Below are positions 45,322-58,598 of a stretch of DNA of 64,000 bases, in pieces. How positions within the stretch are numbered: position 1 is the first letter of the stretch; the number at the start of each line of letters is the position of its first letter. The DNA comes from Lama guanicoe. Lineage: Eukaryota. Location: positions 4,421,229 through 4,485,228 of the forward strand of contig MU053379.1 in assembly GCA_013239625.1 (NCBI GenBank), written 5' to 3'. The notes beneath the pieces are model-generated. The model did no database searches. It was given only the letters and a program-made list of their open reading frames with translations, and was not told the DNA's origin. The position numbers and the translations under genes were made by a program.

Positions 45322-45390
45322 CCACGTGCCCTGGCCCCCACGTCCCCTGGCCCCCACGTCCCCTGGCCCCCACGTGCCCTGGCCCCCACG
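45322..45390. repeat. 16-bp minisatellite CCACGT(G/C)CCCTGGCCC, ~4.3 copies
   Basis: Read directly from the sequence. Confidence 0.9.
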
Positions 45391-47772
45391 GGGACGCTGG
45401 GTGTGGTCTGCTTTCCCAGTCATACCCAACTCCCCCCCAGAGAGAGATGGGCTGCGGTGCAGGCCCAGCCTGGCCCAGGTAAATTGGACTCGCCAGGGAT
45501 GAGGCTGAGGCCCAGGTGGGGACCTGGGACCCAGGAAGGGAAGCTGAAGGGTAGCTTGGGTGCCCCACGTTGTCGGGACCTGAGGGTCAGGGGAACAAAG
45601 CCAGTACTGGGGTCTTCCATCAGCAAACAGTGGAGAAGGCCGATCTCTGTCTGTGCATCAGGTCGGCGGAGGTCCTGCTGTAGACGTGGAGGACTATGTC
45701 CGTACCGATGGGAGTAAGGGCAACCCTAGGGGATGCTTGGGGGGGTGGATCAGGGAGGAAAAGCGCTTCCCTGGGGCAGGAACAGGTGCTCCCCGCTGGG
45801 GCCCTCGGGCTGTGTGAGCGGGCGCTCCCTGCCCTTGCAGGGTGGCAGGGAGATGGGGACTGACTGGAAGCGCCTTCCTGGGGTCGCACTGTCCCTCCCT
45901 CCTCAGCAGGGTCTTCCGTGTCCCGAGGAGATTCCGTGAAGGCGGCCACGTGCCGAGTCTCGCCTCAGTGCAAACCCACCACGGCTCTCACGCCTGGTTC
46001 TCCCCAAAACCTCTGCCCGGCTCGGGCCTCTGTCTGGTCAGGAGGCCCCGGAGGACAAGCAAGCAGTGACGCTTACGAACCGCCCTGGGCTTACCTAGAG
46101 CAGACAAAGACCTCGGGAAGTGACTCAAATGCCAGGAAGGAAGTTGCTTTTTTCCTAAGGAGCTCATTTAAAGCCAGGACAGAAAATGATGCAAGGCGAG
46201 CTGAAGTCAGAAAAGAAAGCACAGAGCCAGCCGCACGGCCCGCAGTGGCGCCAGCCCCGCTCCGAGGCACTGGGGGAGGGCTCGGCAGTGGGGGGCGGGG
46301 GCGGAGACCCTGTCTGGGAAGGTGGACCAGCTGACTCCCTCGGTGCACTGCCCTCTCCTCCTTCTCATGGAAGCACTGGGCACAGAGGAGGGACCACGTG
46401 CTGACACTTGACGGTCGATGAGTTTCCATCAGCTGAACTCACTCACAAAACTAGCTCCCAGATCAAGAGACGGAGCCTCCCCGGAGGCCCTGGTGCCACG
46501 GCCCCCCAGGGTGACCCCCGACTGGGACAGCGCAGGCGGTGACTCGCTGCAGTTCCCTCGTACCCCACGTCCCCTGGCCCCCACGTGCCCTGGCCCCCAC
46601 GGGGACGCTGGGTGTGGTCTGCTTTCCCAGTCATACCCAACTCCCCCCCAGAGAGAGATGGGCTGCGGTGCAGGCCCAGCCTGGCCCAGGTAAATTGGAC
46701 TCGCCAGGGATGAGGCTGAGGCCCAGGTGGGGACCTGGGACCCAGGAAGGGAAGCTGAAGGGTAGCTTGGGTGCCCCACGTTGTCGGGACCTGAGGGTCA
46801 GGGGAACAAAGCCAGTACTGGGGTCTTCCATCAGCAAACAGTGGAGAAGGCCGATCTCTGTCTGTGCATCAGGTCGGCGGAGGTCCTGCTGTAGACGTGG
46901 AGGACTATGTCCGTACCGATGGGAGTAAGGGCAACCCTAGGGGATGCTTGGGGGGGTGGATCAGGGAGGAAAAGCGCTTCCCTGGGGCAGGAACAGGTGC
47001 TCCCCGCTGGGGCCCTCGGGCTGTGTGAGCGGGCGCTCCCTGCCCTTGCAGGGTGGCAGGGAGATGGGGACTGACTGGAAGCGCCTTCCTGGGGTCGCAC
47101 TGTCCCTCCCTCCTCAGCAGGGTCTTCCGTGTCCCGAGGAGATTCCGTGAAGGCGGCCACGTGCCGAGTCTCGCCTCAGTGCAAACCCACCACGGCTCTC
47201 ACGCCTGGTTCTCCCCAAAACCTCTGCCCGGCTCGGGCCTCTGTCTGGTCAGGAGGCCCCGGAGGACAAGCAAGCAGTGACGCTTACGAACCGCCCTGGG
47301 CTTACCTAGAGCAGACAAAGACCTCGGGAAGTGACTCAAATGCCAGGAAGGAAGTTGCTTTTTTCCTAAGGAGCTCATTTAAAGCCAGGACAGAAAATGA
47401 TGCAAGGCGAGCTGAAGTCAGAAAAGAAAGCACAGAGCCAGCCGCACGGCCCGCAGTGGCGCCAGCCCCGCTCCGAGGCACTGGGGGAGGGCTCGGCAGT
47501 GGGGGGCGGGGGCGGAGACCCTGTCTGGGAAGGTGGACCAGCTGACTCCCTCGGTGCACTGCCCTCTCCTCCTTCTCATGGAAGCACTGGGCACAGAGGA
47601 GGGACCACGTGCTGACACTTGACGGTCGATGAGTTTCCATCAGCTGAACTCACTCACAAAACTAGCTCCCAGATCAAGAGACGGAGCCTCCCCGGAGGCC
47701 CTGGTGCCACGGCCCCCCAGGGTGACCCCCGACTGGGACAGCGCAGGCGGTGACTCGCTGCAGTTCCCTCGT
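45352..47772. repeat. Direct tandem duplication: 2 x 1210 bp (45352-46561 and 46563-47772) with a single A spacer
   Basis: Eight ORF pairs offset by exactly 1211 nt have identical translations on both strands; breakpoints read by eye. Confidence 0.97.
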
Positions 47773-49299
47773 GGAGTCCCGGGGGTGCCCCGCCAGCCGG
47801 CCAGGGCCTGTGAGACTGAGGCACGTTGGTGCAGAGGGCTCACCGCCGCCTCCGTGCTGGCTGTTCCGCTGGGCGGACGTGCCTCCATTCTTAAGTCCGC
47901 GCTGTTGATGAGATCCGGCAGTTAGAGGACTCCCTGTGCGTGATCAGGGAGGAATGCGTCGCTCCAGAGGCCCCTCTCCCACTGTGCCCGCCTCAGTGAG
48001 GGCGAGTCCCCTGGGCCCCCGTGACGCCCTCAGCTCCCGGAGGCCTGAGCCTGGCCTGCCTTCCTGCGGAAGCCGGGGGAGCACGGCTGGTGCGGGTGTG
48101 GGCGCCCCCCACGTCTCACGCTGGACCAGCTCTGCGCCCGCGTCGCCTGAGCCTCGACGCCTCCCGACGCCCAGAGCTCCCTCGTGCTGCCGCTTCTTCC
48201 CACTCACCGGCCGAACGCCCCCCTAAACCTTGCGGGCCTGGGTGAGAGGCAGTGATGCCCTCCCGGAGCTCAGGGAGAGGCTGGCGCTGAAAACAAGGTT
48301 TGGGCGATGTGATTAGAGAAAACGCGGCTAGAGCCTGGGGGAGGAGGTGCGTCAGGGAGAGCCAGGGCCTTCGACCTGAGCTGGGGTTTAAAGGGCAATG
48401 TGGATGCTGACCAGACCCCTGCCTCGCTCGGCACCAGAAACAACGTGGACAGAGCCGGAGCCAGGCCCATCCTGGGAGTGGGGGTGGCGGTGCAGTCACG
48501 CTCCCCCCTTTCAAGTGCACACCCGCCCAGAGGCCCGGGCGGCATGGGGGGGGCTGGGGTGCAGGCGAGGGGCAGAGCTGAGCCCAGGGCCCGCACAGGA
48601 AGCTACGCGTGTGATTGAAACCCCAGCAGGATTTAGGGAGATACAAGCAAGTGCGTTTCCTTCCTCCCCGGCGGGAGAGTGCCCAGCACATCCCCGGGGT
48701 GCTCTCTCCGAGGATGAACAGCTCTGGGTAGGCCTCCCTCCCCAGCCAGGCTTTGTCATCAGAAACGCGTCTGGAATTGTCCCTTATCAGCCGCAGGGCT
48801 CTGGCACTTTCTCCCAAGTCTGCCACAGCACCCTGATCACAGCACATTCCTCAAATTCTTACAGAAATGTATCACGGGTACAAAGCCAGCCTCGTGGGGA
48901 GGGCGCATTTTTGTTTCTGTTTGTCACTGGCTTTGGGGTTCATTTATGGTGGTGTCGTAACTTAACTAAGTGTTTTTTAACCGGTGCTCGCAACGGCGTC
49001 TGTATCCGCATGTGCTGAGAGAGGGCTTGTCTGGCCCCACGCTCGCAAAGGGAGCGCTCCCACGCCTCCGTGCTGTCGGCAGGTTTGCAGGTTTACCTTT
49101 GACGTAGAGCCTTCCGTCTCCCCGGGAGCACGCTTGGGGCGGGGGTGAGCCGGAGGCCCGAGGCCACGTCGCTCCCCACGCTCGTCCGGTGGGCTCGCTG
49201 CATCTCGTGACCAAACCTGCCTGCTCTGTTCATTTCAAGCGCCTGCTTCATTACACACTCAAGTCTGATGCCACCTGAGTCTGTCTTTGCACTGGGTTC

Positions 49300-50160
49300 T
49301 CGTCACTGGCCTGCGCATCTGTTCAAACCCCCAACGCCACGCCCGGTGTCTCCCCATAGCTCGCGACGTTTCGGGGCGTCTGGATTTTAGATCTCGGATT
49401 CGCCTCGTGACCTGAATTTCCCTATTTCACTTCATGCTTTCTTTTTCGTAAGAACTTCTCAGAGATAAAAACCAGTTTACCCGGTTGAAACGAACTCTCT
49501 ATGATTATTTATACAACCAGAAGCGTATAAATTAACGAGAGAAGAGTCTCCAGCTGGTAATGTGGAGCTTTCTGTCCCAGAAGAGAGAACGCTTTCCACA
49601 CGGGCACAGGGTTGATTTTTTTCCCTCCTTCGTATTTTAGGTTTTTGTCACAAGGAACGTGCCCTTTTACGTTGATTCCATGGTGTTTTTAAAATCACTT
49701 TTTTAAATTGCTGCCGCAAATGAAATATTTTCCCGCTTTATTTTCTGGCTGATTTTGGTTTTCATAACGCTACTGATTTTGGCAAATCAGGCCCGTGCCC
49801 AGGCCGGACTGCCCACCGGTCCCGACCGTCGCTCGCTTGCTGCTCGGTGTCTCTCGTGCAGAGTCCGCTCCATCTGCAGAGGGAGGCGGTCACAGCCCGC
49901 CTCTCCCGGTCTTGAATCCGGTGCTCCTATCTCGGCGAAGCCGCCTCGGGGGCTCTGGGAGAATCTGGCGGGTGACGCGGCTTGGTCAGTGCCCTGCTGC
50001 GAAGTTCCTGCAAAACCGTCTCTAGCTCGTCACCGTGAAGCATGCATTTCTGTCAGAAGCATTTCATCATGTTGTGGAAGCATGCGTCTGCTCTCTTCAA
50101 CTGACTTTAAAAGTCAGAATTAGGTTGCATTTTACCAAACACCCCTTGACCTCTGCGGAA
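49300..50160 (-). mobile_element. Ancient L1 antisense fragment
   Basis: AT-richer tract with L1M-like antisense motifs ('gtataaattaacgagagaagag', 'ctgattttggttttcataac', 'agaattaggttgcattttaccaaac'). Confidence 0.45.
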
Positions 50161-51279
50161 GTGGTGGCCTTCTCCCCTCTGACTTAGTAGGAGATGCTGG
50201 TGGCCCCCATTCCAGACCCCCTCAGGGTGGCGACCCCCACCCCCAGAAGGGCCCTCACCCCAGGGACCCTTCCCTGGGGATCCCTGGAAGGTGGGGCCCC
50301 GTCACACCGGGCTGCAAGGGGTACAGGAAGCCGCTCCCCTCCCTCCCATCGGGCAGGGAGTGGGGTGTAATTCGCACTCCAGAGCCCCTGTGGGAGGGGC
50401 CCCAAGGGACCCCCTGTTCTCTCCGCTGCTCCCGCCCCCTTCCAGCGTCTCCCAGGAGCCCGCGGGAGGAAGCACTCCGGGCATCCTCGCCTCAGGCTCT
50501 GCCCCCAGGGCCAGGCTGAAGTCAGGGAAGAAGCTGCGTGAGCGGGGACGGCCTCCCCCACGCGGCGGGCTTGCCCTTCAGGGGGGACCGGCTGCTCCGA
50601 CGCTTCCCCAGGCTGCGTTTGCTAATGCTTCCCCCTGACAGTCCCAGCAACAGGCGTGCGGGGACCCGCCCATCGTTCTCCTTCTGTGTTTTCTCAGGGT
50701 TTCGCATCTTACACACTGGATAAAGACATTCGGAAAGCTTTCTCTCTTTATCGACCTGGAAGCTTTAAAATGGCACCGGCATCACCTCCTACTTGAATCT
50801 GTCCCAGAGCCTGTCTGGACCTCGCCAAGCTCGCGGGCCTCGGTGACCGCCCGCCTCCGCTGCTTCAGGGTCACCTGTCTGGTGAGATATTCTGTTTCTC
50901 CTGAGGTCACGAACATTTCTTACCCAGACACGGAAAAATACAGGTTCTGTGTGTATTTCTGGAGTCGCGTGCATTCTGCTCACCTGCACGGGCTGCAGCA
51001 CTGCCCCCGAGCTGCCCTGCACGCCCTGCTGCTGCGCGCGGCCCTCGCCCTCGCCCTCGCTGTGCCGCCGTGTCTGGCTTCCGCTCCACCTGCCGCCACG
51101 AGAATAGTTCTGTTGTGTTCTCTTAGTACGTAAAAAAAACGCAAAAAACACCATAGAAAAGAATGACGTAACAACAACTCCAGATCCCACCGCTCTGAGA
51201 CCTGGCGCCTCCCCCGCTGCACTGAATTCAGCGCCTAGAGCCTGGGTCTCCTCCGTCGCGGTCGGGGCCTCTTTAAGGG

Positions 51280-51717
51280 AAGACCCCACGGCGACTGAGC
51301 CAGATAAGCACCAACTTAGTGGCTCAAAACAACACAGCTGGACTCACTCACTGTCCGGGAAGCCAGGAGGCTCCTGGGGCTACAATCGAGATGACAGCAG
51401 GGCTGTTTCTCCAGAGGCTCCAGGGGAACCAGTTCCTGGCCTTTCCCGGCCCCTGGACCCACCAGCACCCCCAGCCCCTGGCTCCTCCATCCTCAAGACC
51501 AGTCATGCAGGTTCAGCGTTTCCCTCTCTCCCACAAGGACCTTGTCACTGCGCTGCACCCTCCGGGTTACTGAAAACCCTCTCCTCATCTCAAGATTAGC
51601 TGATCAGCAACCTTAATGCACCTGCCGCACGTTCCCCTTGCCCTGTAAGGAGACGCTCCCAGGTGTGGGGTTTGGAAGCCAGTGTCTTCAGGAGGGGAGC
51701 ACTGTTTTGCCCGCCAC
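51280..51717 (-). mobile_element. MaLR MLT1 LTR
   Basis: 'accaacttagtggctcaaaacaacac', 'tctccagaggctccagggga' and 'ctcctcatctcaagattagctgatcagcaaccttaat'. Confidence 0.75.
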
Positions 51718-54700
51718 GTCTCCCAAACATCTTTTTGCAAGTCCGCTCCCTCACTCCTGGGGTTCGGGGCCCCTGACATTTGCTGAGCTGCACTAGGCCT
51801 GGGCGGCAGGTGCGAGCAGGGGACCCTCGGAGAAGTGGGCTGGGGGAGGGACACAGTCTGGAGGGAGTGGCCGTCCGGGGCCCGAGCTCTGGGCACAGCC
51901 AGCCCCCCTCCCCCAGGGAAGGCTCCTTGAACCCCCTCAACAGCTGTCCTAGGGAGCTCTCTTCCTTACGCCCACGAGGAAGAAGCCGAGGCCCAGAGGG
52001 GCTCGGGGTCACAGAGACCCCACCAAGAATGAACAACCTGGAACTGAGGGCCGTGTCCTGAGCTCCCCCCGCGCGCTGGAAATACCCCAGGAACTTCACT
52101 CAGGGGAACCCTGCAGGAAATCACTCCTCTCCACCCTTCTCAGGCCTCTCAGCCCTTCTCCAAATATGGCACCAAACACAGCCGGGGGCAGGGAAGTCGC
52201 TTCCTGGAGCACCGACGGGTCACGGAGGGACGTTTCCTCGCAGGTTGCTGGGTCTCTGTGGGACACAGGGGGAGCCAGCACCCCCGACCCCCGACCTGCC
52301 CTCCCCGCACGCCAGCCTGGCATCAGCCGCCCCCAGCTCCGCGCTCAGCGCAGGCGGAGGGCGGAAGGGCGCCCCGGGCCGTGCCCCTCCAGCAGGAACT
52401 CTCTGAGCAGGGCTCCCAGCAGGACGAGGCTCCGCTCCCGGGCTCACCCGCTGATAGCTCAGTCCCCTCCGCTCCAGTGAAGACAGTGCCGGGCCCTCTG
52501 TGCCTGTGGCCCACGCCCGGGGAGAGCCGAGCCCGGGAGGCACTCCAGCCCGGGCTCCACCCCAGCAGCCCTCCGCTCCTGGCAAGGGACGCCTCCCAGG
52601 GACAGACCCCTCAGACACTCCCGCCGCCCTCCTTATCCGCCTCTGCCCACGGAGACTCCACCTCCAACTTGTTTTTAAGTTACTTGTTCTTGGTAGCAAA
52701 AAACGCCAGGCATCAGGCTAGAATCATGGCGGTCTTACTGCCTCGGGGGAACTAGTCCCCCCGGTGAGAGCCGGGGACACTCAGAGGCTGAGCCCCGGAA
52801 TCGTGGAAGGCTCCCCATCGTTCCAGGAAAGCCGGCTCTCGCAGCAGGGAGGTGCTGCCCCTAGGAAAGGTCAGGGCTCCCACAGGTAACATCCTCCACG
52901 AAGTTTGGAGGCAACCACCAGGCAGAAATCTGTCCCCAACTCATCTCTGAGAATCCAGGCTGACATGTGAAGGCTTTGCCCCGCTCCACGCCTGTGCCCG
53001 GGCCCACCAATTAGGGTGCTGCTTCTGCTGTCTCCCCAAAGAGCACGGGGTCACAGAAGGGGGCGTTCCACCCAGAGCCTGAGCTCCCACCTCGGGACCA
53101 CGCTCTGGGCACCTGGCATGTCCAAGGCCGGGCGGGTCTTCCCTGCCCGGCCCATCCATCTACCAGCCGGGGGGCGGCCCTGGGTGTGTGTACCTGTAGG
53201 AGACCTCTGGCCGTTTATGGGGTGTTTGTGGGCAGGGTCTGCACACTGGGCCCCCTGGAGGTGCAGGATAGCGGGGTAGGAAGAGCAGGGGGGCCAAGGG
53301 CCAGGGGCCAGAGCAGCTCAGCCCTCACTGCCAAGTCCCCCCAGGAAGGGGGGTCAGGAGCTCTAAATCCAGCCCTGGGTCTCTGGGCCGTTGGGAGGGT
53401 ACAGTTATCAAGATAGCAAGATAACTCCATTTTATTCAACAGTTGGTTAGCTCAGGTTGGGACTTTCACATATTTAAACCCACAGTAAATGGCCCAACCA
53501 TCTCTGGGGGGAGGGTCACCAGCAGCAGGTGCAGAGCATGGGGGCGTCGGGGCTCGGAGCCCCCGCACAGCCTGCCAACCTCGGCCGGGCTGGGGGCACC
53601 CGCCCTGGGGCAGCCCCTGCCTGCTCGGCACTTCCTCCCCAGGGGTTGTGTCCCCAACTCTGGATGGACCCTGGCTCGTGACCCCCTGTGATAGACGTAT
53701 AGGCTTCCTGAGAAAGCACGGCCTGGAAACACCGTTGTGAGTGAGGAGACCCGCGCCTCGACGGGCGAGGGCGAAGTTGCCCGCGAAAACCAGCTGGAGC
53801 TGGAAACCATGGCGCACAGGTGGCCACGTGGGCGCGGGCGCGGGAGGGACTGAGCGAGCCCACAGTATCTGCACGCCTGGGCCCCGACGGGTCCAGGGCA
53901 ACCCAGCCGCCCCCTCCACCCATCGGCAGCGCCAAGGGGCTGTCGGTCGGATGACTCGTCCTCGCTTTGTCAGGTCCTGTCTAGAAACGACTCACGTCCA
54001 AGAAATCTCTTCCCTGCGCTGGTGAAGGTCAGCCCGGAGTCGCACAGAGAGACGCGCTTCCTTCTGCGGACAAGACAGATCCGGGCGACGGGCGTCCTCG
54101 CCCTCAGTTCTGCCCACGCGAGTGGCTGTGCAACGGGGAAACTGGTGAGGCAATGGTTCAAAGAGGTCTCGCTAAGGTCGTGCCTTGTGGTTGAATCGAA
54201 GTTACAAAATCGGCAAATGGAGTCACGCTGGTTTTGTGGCCTTACGCCTCACGCTTCAGGAACGCCCCCCTCGGGGAATATTACGTCAGAGGCTCTCAAA
54301 CACCAGTGTGCATGGGGGTGGCCAGGGTGGCTCCTTCAGAGGCAGATGCCGCCCTCCATCGCCGTGTGCGTGAGCCGACGCCCAGGGCAGGAGCCGTGCA
54401 TCTGCTGGTCCCCTCAGCGCCGCAGGTGATGGTGACTGAAGCCGGCAGGACAGCCGCAGCCCCAGTGCCCATGTGGCACCTGGGTGCGGGGAACGGGGCC
54501 AAGTCTGGGGGACCAAAAGCTATGTTTCTGAGGTACCGTGAGAGGAAGAAGGTGGCCCTGGGTCACCAAGGATTCCGTGGTCCCAGCGTGAGCACTGAGA
54601 TCACAGGCACCAGAAATGCTTACTTCTCGGTATGTAAGTTCATAGCGATACGATAAACCGACTTAAAAACCAAAGCTATTAGAAGCTGGTGGACAGGCCC

Positions 54701-55489
54701 TGAGGCTTTCAACGGCAAAGAAGCGAGTTCTGCCGACACTGTGGGTCAGCTCTGAAGCGGATCCCTCCCCACCTGCGCCTCTGGACAGGACAGCAGCCCC
54801 GGCTGACACCTCGACGGCAGCGTGGGGGCCCCGGAGCACAGGCCCCGCCGGCCACGACCAGGCTCCTGGGAGAGAACGGAAGCGTGAATGTTTGCTGTGG
54901 GGGCAGCCGCGGCCACAGTCGCTCCTCGCCCAGCAGTGGTGCTTCTGCCTTTGGGACATTCTAGAGAAACACTTCTTTTCTGGCCTGGTTGTATTTTTAA
55001 GAAATTAACTGAATGAAAGAAGTGAGTCAGGCATATATCCCGCTTTTCCAACAACAGCTGTGCGTTAGGGCAACACAGAGGCAGAAAAAGCCAATCTTCT
55101 CTTTGTGAAAATACACCAGCTGTTCAGTGAAGCAGAAATAATAGAATTAAAATACCACTGTTCTGCTGGCCCTGATCAGGTAGTAGCAACGATCATCAAT
55201 GGCTGTTAATGAAGGAAAAGGGGGACAGAGAAACAGGTGGCTACTCTGTCCCTCCTGAGAGAAGTTCCCCGCACCTGCCGGGAGGTGTCATCGCAGATAA
55301 GTGACCACACGAGCAAGCTGCTCGTTCCCAAGGCTGACCCAGCCAGGAGCTGTGACCCCCGTTCGCAGACAGCACAGCGCGCAGGAGGACAAGGGAACGC
55401 ACACGAGGGCGGCGCAGCCTGCAGCAGCCAGCCCGCAGAAAACTCTGCAGGACCAACGACCAGCTTCCTTAGCCAAGCAGAGTGAGAGA

Positions 55490-55950
55490 AGTCCACAGAT
55501 GAAAGGTGGCTTGAGAGACACGTCAGCCAATTGCTGTGTTTGGACCCCGGTTCCAACCGAGCTGTAAACACCGCCCATGGGAAATCTGGAAGAATAGGGA
55601 CCCCAGCTGGCTATTTGATGCTGACGGTCATTTTTAGGTGTGTCACACGATTGGACTGTTTACTTCCAAAGGGTCTTCACCGTTAGAGATCTTTTCTGAA
55701 ACACTTGCAGATACACTAGCATCCTTTCTGGGACTTGATCCCAGTGGGCTGGGGGCTGGGTGGGCTGCGGGGGAAACGGGGCTGGCTGTGCGGTGAGCTT
55801 AGGAGCCGGGTGCTGGGCCCCTGGAGGTCATCGTGCCATTACCGTTTCTGACGTCAGTCCCTTGACTTTCACGTACGTGACTGAAAATGTCCACGTTAGA
55901 AAGTTAGAACTGCAAGGACAGGGGCTGCAAGGCGCTGTCCTGCGGCACCA
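55490..55950 (+). mobile_element. Old L1 (L1MC/ME) 3' end remnant
   Basis: 'gagagacacgtcagccaattgc', 'tttttaggtgtgtcaca' and 'tacgtgactgaaaatgtccacgttagaaagtt'. Confidence 0.45.
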
Positions 55951-57689
55951 GAGTTTAAGGGACTATGGTTTCTTCCCTTGAAAACGTCCTCCTGCACGTG
56001 GACACAGAAGCGAAGGAGCAGGCGAATCTGCCCTGAAGAAGCACGCCTGCGGCCAGCCGCCCCGGAGCGCGCTCAGCAGTGCCCGGGGTGCGGTGTGGCG
56101 GGGCCGCGGCTCCGGCGCAGAACCAGGTCTCCTCCCGGCCTGCTGTGACTCCTCTGCTTCCTCCTCATCTAACCACTCTGACTTTTAATGTGGCCTGTCA
56201 AGTAACAGCACGTCACTTCGGGATGAAGGGAGCTTTTGTTGAAATAAAAGAGGCGTTTGGGAAATGTCATGTTTGTTTTGGTTTGGGAGCCGAGTGCAGA
56301 TTCAAACGCCCACTCGCTGGTCAGCGCAGCAGCACGGGTGCCACGGAGGCACCGCAAGACAGGAGGCCAGAGCCCCGGGCGGGGCGGGGCAGGGGAGGGA
56401 GGCGGGATGAGGGTCTCTGTGCTGATCTGGGTCCACACCGTCCACTGCTCAACCCTGCAGCGCACGCGCCTACCTGGCCGGACCCTGGGCTCCCTCCCCT
56501 GCACGCCACCCCTCACACCCCTGGACCCAAGGGCAGCAGACCCCGCGAGGGGCCAGGGCTCAGCACCGGGTATCAGAAAGACCAGTCATGACCACTTCGG
56601 ACACTTTCCTCTCGTGCTGACCACAGGGCGGCGCAGCAGTGGCCGCGAGCATCCTCGGCGAGAAGCCCGGCAAAGCCCTAGCTCCCTGCGCTCCAGGGGA
56701 AGAGCCCTCAGAGCAGGGCTTGCCTCCCTCCGTGCTGCGACTACCTCATCGTGGCCACTTTCCATCCTCCAATGACGCTGCCAAGCACAGAGCAGGAAAG
56801 AGACGGAGCGAGGGGCTCCCCTCCGCCCAGCAGGGCTGCAGGCAGGTGTCACCTCCCGAGCACCGTCGGTCCCGAAACAGTCAGGACGTCGGAAGTTCTC
56901 AGTGGTGAATATAACCTTACTCGGCCCACTCAGGTTGCTTTTAATAACGGCTGTGTTCTCGCAGTTTCCCCCAAATTCGCGGTGGCCTCTCCCAGGTGGG
57001 GGGCCCAGCTCCAGCTCCAGGGAAGGAGGCGCCCAAAGCCTGGTGGGGCCTGTTTCGGGCAGAGTCACCGTTGGGTGGCCATGCAGAAGGGTGGATGGTT
57101 GAGCCTAAGACACCGAGGCCAGGGACTCCTCCCTGCAGACTGCGGTGGGGGCCAGTGGCCCTGGCAGCCTGGCAGGGCCCAGGGACGGGGCTCGTCCTGT
57201 CACCCATTCCGTTAGAGTCAAGGCCAGGAGGTGGAGCGCCTTGGTCACGGCACCACAATACGTGCCCTCAGCATGTCTGCGGAGCCTGCGGGGCCTCCTG
57301 GGCACTGTGGCATCTCCTGCCTGCACCACTGCCAACCACTGAGCGGAACGGAGGCTGTGTGGGAGGGGGCGACAAGGGCTCAGGACGTAATCTAGAAACA
57401 CGCGTGTTCTGTGGCCCAGGAACCCGGAGAGTTTCAGGAGCAGGAAGGCCCGTGCGCAGGGCTGGGCAGCGCAGAGCCAGGGCTCTGGGCCTGCCCTGCC
57501 CTCCCCGAGGGCTGCGTGCACTCTGCACAGTTGCCCTCTGGTCCAACATCACTTTCGGAGCGGGGAGGGGAGGGTTGGAGGAAGGTAAGGTCTCCAGTTA
57601 CGAGGTAAAGAGGCCCTAGGGATGGGCACAGCACAGCGACTGCAGCCCACGCTGCTGCGCGGGACCAGGGGGGCGGCAGAGTCAGTCCT

Positions 57690-57862
57690 GGGGTTACCAC
57701 AGAGAGGAACTCTTCCCTCTCTTTGTTGTGTCCATAAGATGTCCATAACGGAACCCACTGTGGTCACCAGTTCACACCACATGCAAATCAAGCCGTCAGG
57801 CTGCACACCTTAAACTTACACAGTGATGATGTCAATTATTTCTCAATGAAACTGGGAAAAAA
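57690..57862 (+). mobile_element. L1 (L1MA-like) 3' terminus
   Basis: 'gctgcacaccttaaacttacacagtgatgatgtcaattatttctcaatgaaactgggaaaaaa'. Confidence 0.8.
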
Positions 57863-58598
57863 TCTGCCTTCAGAACGATGACCCGATTAGGAAGCAGACA
57901 TCTGGGTTACCACAAAGCTGGCGGTGGTTTTAAAACTTCGGGGGAGGCTGGCTTCCACTCTGAGCCTCAGTTGTCAATGACACAACTAAGGTGTTAGAGA
58001 ACCTGACTCCACAGCACTCCGAAACCCTCGCTGGCCAGGCGAGGACAGGCTCTAAACCCGGCTGAGTCCAGACTCCCTGGTTATTCCCAGCCTCACCACC
58101 ACTCACAGCTGAACCACCTGCTTTTGACCTGGAGCAGGACTCCTGAATCTCCCGGGGCCTCAGTTAGGCTGTCCGTCGCGAAGGCTTCCGTGGGTCCCAT
58201 CGGGTTCCAGCACTGCTGGATGGACGCAGCCCCGCAGACGTGATAAGCAGGGTGACTCCGCAGGCCCAGCTCCCGGCCTGGAGGCAGGGGCGGCCAGGCC
58301 TCTGTGCACAGGACCGGCCGCAAGGGGACAGTCTGGAGTCAGTCACATCGGGGCTGGGCGGCGGGACCCGCAGACCCATCACAGGTGTCGGGTCCAGAGT
58401 TTGGGGGGAGGGTGGCTCCGAATCCCTGGGAGAGCGGAAGCCCCCCACTTCCCACCCCTCTGACGTTCCTGGAATGGGGGCTCCCTGGCCTGCAGCTGGC
58501 CAGCGGGGCTCCCGAGACTCACACGCGCAAATCCACAACCACACGCGCCTACCTACACTTCGTAGCTCCTGCACGATATTTGTGATTTAGCCTGTGGG

